Notes under the pieces: generated by a model
What the model was told of the DNA's origin: nothing
Databases searched by the model: none
What the model saw: only the letters and a program-made list of their open reading frames with translations
Origin: a virus
Virus record (IMG/VR): IMGVR_UViG_3300027801_002517
Coordinates: 64,001 to 128,000 of that record
Length of the DNA: 64,000 nucleotides
Strand: one strand, 5' to 3'
Shown here: positions 60,646 to 64,000 of the stretch, one piece after another
Layout: each line of letters starts with the position of its first letter
Numbering within the stretch: position 1 is the first letter of the stretch
Program-made: the position numbers and the translations under genes

Positions 60646-61155
60646 GTGCAAGTACCGGAAAACATGACAGAAGAAGAAACCGTTGAAATTATTCAGCGGG
60701 TTGTTGATCGCACAGCCCCTAAGTATACATTTCACGCATATACTATTGCGGATCTGAAGCAGGAGGCATTTATTATTTGTATGGAGGCATTGCCTCGTTA
60801 TGACGGGCTTCGACCACTGGAAAACTTTCTGGCCGTTCATCTTTCTAACAGAATGAAGAATTTTGTGAGGGACAACCACTTTACCCAAAGTGACGATCCT
60901 GTTCGTATTAATATAACGCAACCGGCTCAACTTGATGAATCTTATTATATGGAGTTTGATAAGAATAATATTACATATGAGGACATCGATTACCGCGACA
61001 TGGCAAAATTAATGGATATTCATATGCCGCCATCTATGCGGCTTGATTATCTAAAGATGATTAATGATGTCTATATTGCAAAGCCACGGCGGGATGAGAT
61101 TCAAATGATGATTGAGGATATATTAGAGGAGAATGGTTACTATGAAGAGGGGTAG
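60646..61155 (+). CDS. Sigma70-region-2-like protein (second phage sigma factor)
   Basis: DLKQEAFIICMEALPRYDG.RPLENFL..HLSNRMKNF resembles region 2. Confidence 0.6.
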   Translation: MQVPENMTEEETVEIIQRVVDRTAPKYTFHAYTIADLKQEAFIICMEALPRYDGLRPLENFLAVHLSNRMKNFVRDNHFTQSDDPVRINITQPAQLDESYYMEFDKNNITYEDIDYRDMAKLMDIHMPPSMRLDYLKMINDVYIAKPRRDEIQMMIEDILEENGYYEEG

Positions 61156-61927
61156 GATATCTAAAGAAGAAGAAAAATTTATAGAATCAAGTATGGGCGT
61201 TATGTCTATAGTTGATATCTCGGAAAAATTAGATAGAGACCCAGATAGTGTTCAGCAATTTATTAAGCGGAAATTCAAGGTCGGACTTTCTGATGAGGAA
61301 GAAGCGGCGTATGATTTGGAGGAGCGTCCTTATTGGCATGACCTAAAACAGCAATTTACCGATGATGAGTTGGTAATGTTTAAATATCACTGGTCAAGAA
61401 TCATTTCTCAGTTTAAAGATGATGTAATACCCACGGAAGAATTACAGGTAATTGATTTAATTAAGCTCGATTTGTTAATGAATAGGTCTTTGAAGGCAAA
61501 TAAGGAAAATTTAAATCAAATCTCGGCTTTTGAGGCTTTAGTTCAAGAGGAGAGAGCTAAGGATTCTGATCAGCAGGACAGAGATCATATTTTTAACTTA
61601 GAAAGACAGTGTGCTTCGCTAAAAGCGTCGATGGAGTCACTAAACCGCGATTACCGCGACCTTCAGGATAAAAAGAACAAGATGTTGAAGGAGATGAAGG
61701 CTACTAGGGAGCAACGGGTCAAAAGATTAGAGGACAGTAGGCAATCTTTTACGGGTTGGCTAACATATCTTATTAGTAATCCCGAACTTAGTAGGCAATA
61801 TGGTATTCAGATGGAAAAAATGAGACTTGCAATGTCAAAAGAGAAAGAAAGGTTAAGTTCATACCATAAATATGGAGATGGGCAGGTAGATCAACCATTT
61901 TTAACACCGGATACCGTCAAGGAGTAA
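61133..61927 (+). CDS. Hypothetical protein, N-terminal HTH plus coiled coil
   Basis: IVDISEKLDRDPDSV HTH-like segment; long heptad region. Confidence 0.45.
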   Translation: MVTMKRGRISKEEEKFIESSMGVMSIVDISEKLDRDPDSVQQFIKRKFKVGLSDEEEAAYDLEERPYWHDLKQQFTDDELVMFKYHWSRIISQFKDDVIPTEELQVIDLIKLDLLMNRSLKANKENLNQISAFEALVQEERAKDSDQQDRDHIFNLERQCASLKASMESLNRDYRDLQDKKNKMLKEMKATREQRVKRLEDSRQSFTGWLTYLISNPELSRQYGIQMEKMRLAMSKEKERLSSYHKYGDGQVDQPFLTPDTVKE

Positions 61928-61929
61928 TT

Positions 61930-62376
61930 ATGTTTGTTGTGTGGTTGATACTGTGGTACTTTGTAATGTCTGTGTTGGAATATTCTATCCATAGATATAC
62001 GATGCATAATAAAAAGTGGTTCTTGCCATACTGGATATTCTTTGATCATGCTATTCTGCACCATAAAAATGGTAGAGATGATATAAATATTGATTTGCCA
62101 ATTTATAATCATATTATCGTGGGATTTCCGTTAATCGTCGGTGCTTATATGATTAGTTATTCCTCCTTGGCAGCATTATTATGTATTTTTGCTTTTCATT
62201 CATACACTTGGACCAAAGTCCACCGAGGGATTCATGGGTTGGAAAAAAATTGGCTAATGAAGACAAAATATTACAAAAAAGCTAAACAACACCATGAACT
62301 ACATCACGACAGACCCGGAAAAAACTTTGGTGTAGTATTTTTATTTACTGATAGACTATTTGGAACAAAAGTTTAG
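61930..62376 (+). CDS. Fatty-acid hydroxylase/sterol desaturase family membrane di-iron protein
   Basis: His boxes EYSIHRYTMH, HAILHH, VHRGIH, HHELHH followed by NFGV and DRLFGT. Confidence 0.8.
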   Translation: MFVVWLILWYFVMSVLEYSIHRYTMHNKKWFLPYWIFFDHAILHHKNGRDDINIDLPIYNHIIVGFPLIVGAYMISYSSLAALLCIFAFHSYTWTKVHRGIHGLEKNWLMKTKYYKKAKQHHELHHDRPGKNFGVVFLFTDRLFGTKV

Positions 62377-62385
62377 GAAAACAAC

Positions 62386-63492
62386 ATGAAAGCTATTATT
62401 TTTGGAGTGACCGGACAGGATGGGAGCCATCTAGCGGACTTATTGCTTGAAAAAAATTATACGGTAATAGGTGTGACAAGAAGATGCAGTGTGGATAATA
62501 CTGGCAGACTAAAGCATCTACTGAATTCTGATGGACTTAATCTGGTACACGGTGATATCACCGATGTATTTAGTGTAATGAGTATTTTAAGAGATAACGA
62601 AGATGTAGATGAAATCTATAATCTCGCTGCACAGTCGCATGTGAAGGTATCTTTTAGCCAGCCAGCCTTAACTTGGGATATTACTGGTAAGGGGTGCTTA
62701 AATATCTTGCAAAGTATTGTAGATCTCGATTTGCATCCAAAATTCTATCAAGCTAGTTCAAGTGAAATGTTTGGGAAGAATTATGATATAACAATTAAAG
62801 ACAAAGAACCGTTTGGTGATCCTTTTGAAGATACATTTGTTTCTACAAAATTTCAAAACGAAGATACTAAATTCTTACCACAGTCCCCATACGCTATTGC
62901 AAAATGTGCTGCCCACTATATGACGAGATTATTTAGGGAGGCTTATGGTGTTCATGCAAGTTCTGGAATTTTATTCAACCATGAGGGGCCAAGACGGGGT
63001 GAGACTTTCGTTACACGGAAGATAACGAAGTGGATTGGGGAATTTGGTGGATGGCTAAACAAAATGGAAATTAATCATACAGATATACTAAAAAGAGACT
63101 GTGATAGGTTATTTGCTTCTGGCGAGCAGTACTCTTTTCCTAAGCTCCGCTTAGGTAATTTAGATGCTTCAAGGGACTGGGGATATGCAGGAGATTATGT
63201 TGAGGCTATGTGGTTGATGTTGCAACAAGATAATCCAGACGATTACGTTGTCTGTACGGGAGAGACACATACAATTAGAGAGTTTTTAGATGAGGCATTT
63301 GGTTATATCGGAATTACCAATTTCAACGATTATGTGGTTGTTGATCCAGAGTTTTATAGACCAGCAGAGGTTGATTACCTGAAGGGTGATGCTACTAAAG
63401 CAAATACTGTTTTAAATTGGAAACCTCAAACTTCATTCAGCGAATTAGTTAAAATGATGGTTGATGGTGATATAGAAAATGAAAACATTTAA
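62386..63492 (+). CDS. gmd: GDP-mannose 4,6-dehydratase
   Basis: GVTGQDGS, YNLAAQSHV, YQASSSEMFG, PQSPYAIAK, LFNHEGPRRGETFVTRKIT, RDWG, RPAEV. Confidence 0.95.
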   Translation: MKAIIFGVTGQDGSHLADLLLEKNYTVIGVTRRCSVDNTGRLKHLLNSDGLNLVHGDITDVFSVMSILRDNEDVDEIYNLAAQSHVKVSFSQPALTWDITGKGCLNILQSIVDLDLHPKFYQASSSEMFGKNYDITIKDKEPFGDPFEDTFVSTKFQNEDTKFLPQSPYAIAKCAAHYMTRLFREAYGVHASSGILFNHEGPRRGETFVTRKITKWIGEFGGWLNKMEINHTDILKRDCDRLFASGEQYSFPKLRLGNLDASRDWGYAGDYVEAMWLMLQQDNPDDYVVCTGETHTIREFLDEAFGYIGITNFNDYVVVDPEFYRPAEVDYLKGDATKANTVLNWKPQTSFSELVKMMVDGDIENENI

Positions 63493-63746
63493 GGTTTATA
63501 TGTGCTTAGACTTAGTTCTGGGTAGATTAAAAAAATATAAGTTAGATGAATATGGTTATGAAAATCCAATCATTTTTGTTCACGCTAATGATCCAGACGA
63601 TGCATGCCATCAAGCATATATAGGCTTATCAGAAAAAATTATCAAGCAAGGTCTATATAAAACTAATGGATATTATGATGTTACTATTTTAGAGTTTACT
63701 AAAGATGTTTTAAATGACATAAGTATTATTTATGTAGGTATAGCTA

Positions 63747-64000
63747 ATGAGAAGAAACTATGACGATCCACTCTATAAAGAATGGCGACAACGAGTTAAA
63801 AAAAGAGATAAATATGAATGTCAAATGCCTTCTTGTTTTGCCACTAAACAGCTACAGGTCCATCACATTAGAAAATGGTCTTCAGCTTCAAATTTGAGGT
63901 ATGATATAGATAATGGTATTACCCTATGTAAGCGGTGTCATAAAGATATCACTAAACATGAGGAATTATATGAATCTCTATTTATGGATTTAATAAGAAA
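63747..64000 (+). CDS. HNH endonuclease (partial, runs off the window edge)
   Basis: MRRNYDDPLYKEWR..V..RD...CQ..C...VHHI...NGITLCKRCH. Confidence 0.8.
   Translation, partial: MRRNYDDPLYKEWRQRVKKRDKYECQMPSCFATKQLQVHHIRKWSSASNLRYDIDNGITLCKRCHKDITKHEELYESLFMDLIR

Overview
The window is part of a large lytic dsDNA tailed-phage genome, AT-rich and gene-dense in the standard genetic code. The host is most likely a Planctomycetota bacterium, judging from a DUF1501 gene with a Tat-like signal and several Planctomycete-style secreted proteins. From 1 to about 59 kb nearly everything is on the minus strand. It carries a replication/recombination operon: three glycosyltransferases, SSB, a DnaE polymerase split into two genes around a DnaQ-like exonuclease, a Cas4/RecB-like nuclease, dNMP kinase, primase, DnaB and RecA. 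It also carries nucleotide metabolism genes (PhoH, dUTPase, NrdAB, ThyX, dCMP deaminase) and host-derived genes (IscA, DUF1501, 5-formyl-THF cyclo-ligase). Further features are a membrane-protein/thioredoxin/papain-like-protease cluster, a sigma factor, a compact tmRNA, five tRNAs and a C5-methyltransferase/nuclease/DUF262-HNH island. The most unusual part is about 49.9-59.5 kb. There, an early region of tiny genes with about 12 near-consensus sigma70 promoters is partitioned by six copies of a rigid 82-bp double-palindrome element (29+24+29 bp). Each copy is followed by a promoter with an extra sigma28-like GNCGATA box. The region is bracketed by two ORF-free, highly structured RNA candidates of about 330-350 nt. 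After the strand switch at about 59.6 kb come a second sigma-like gene, a fatty-acid-hydroxylase-family gene, gmd and a partial HNH gene. All calls come from motif reading by eye; no database searches were run.
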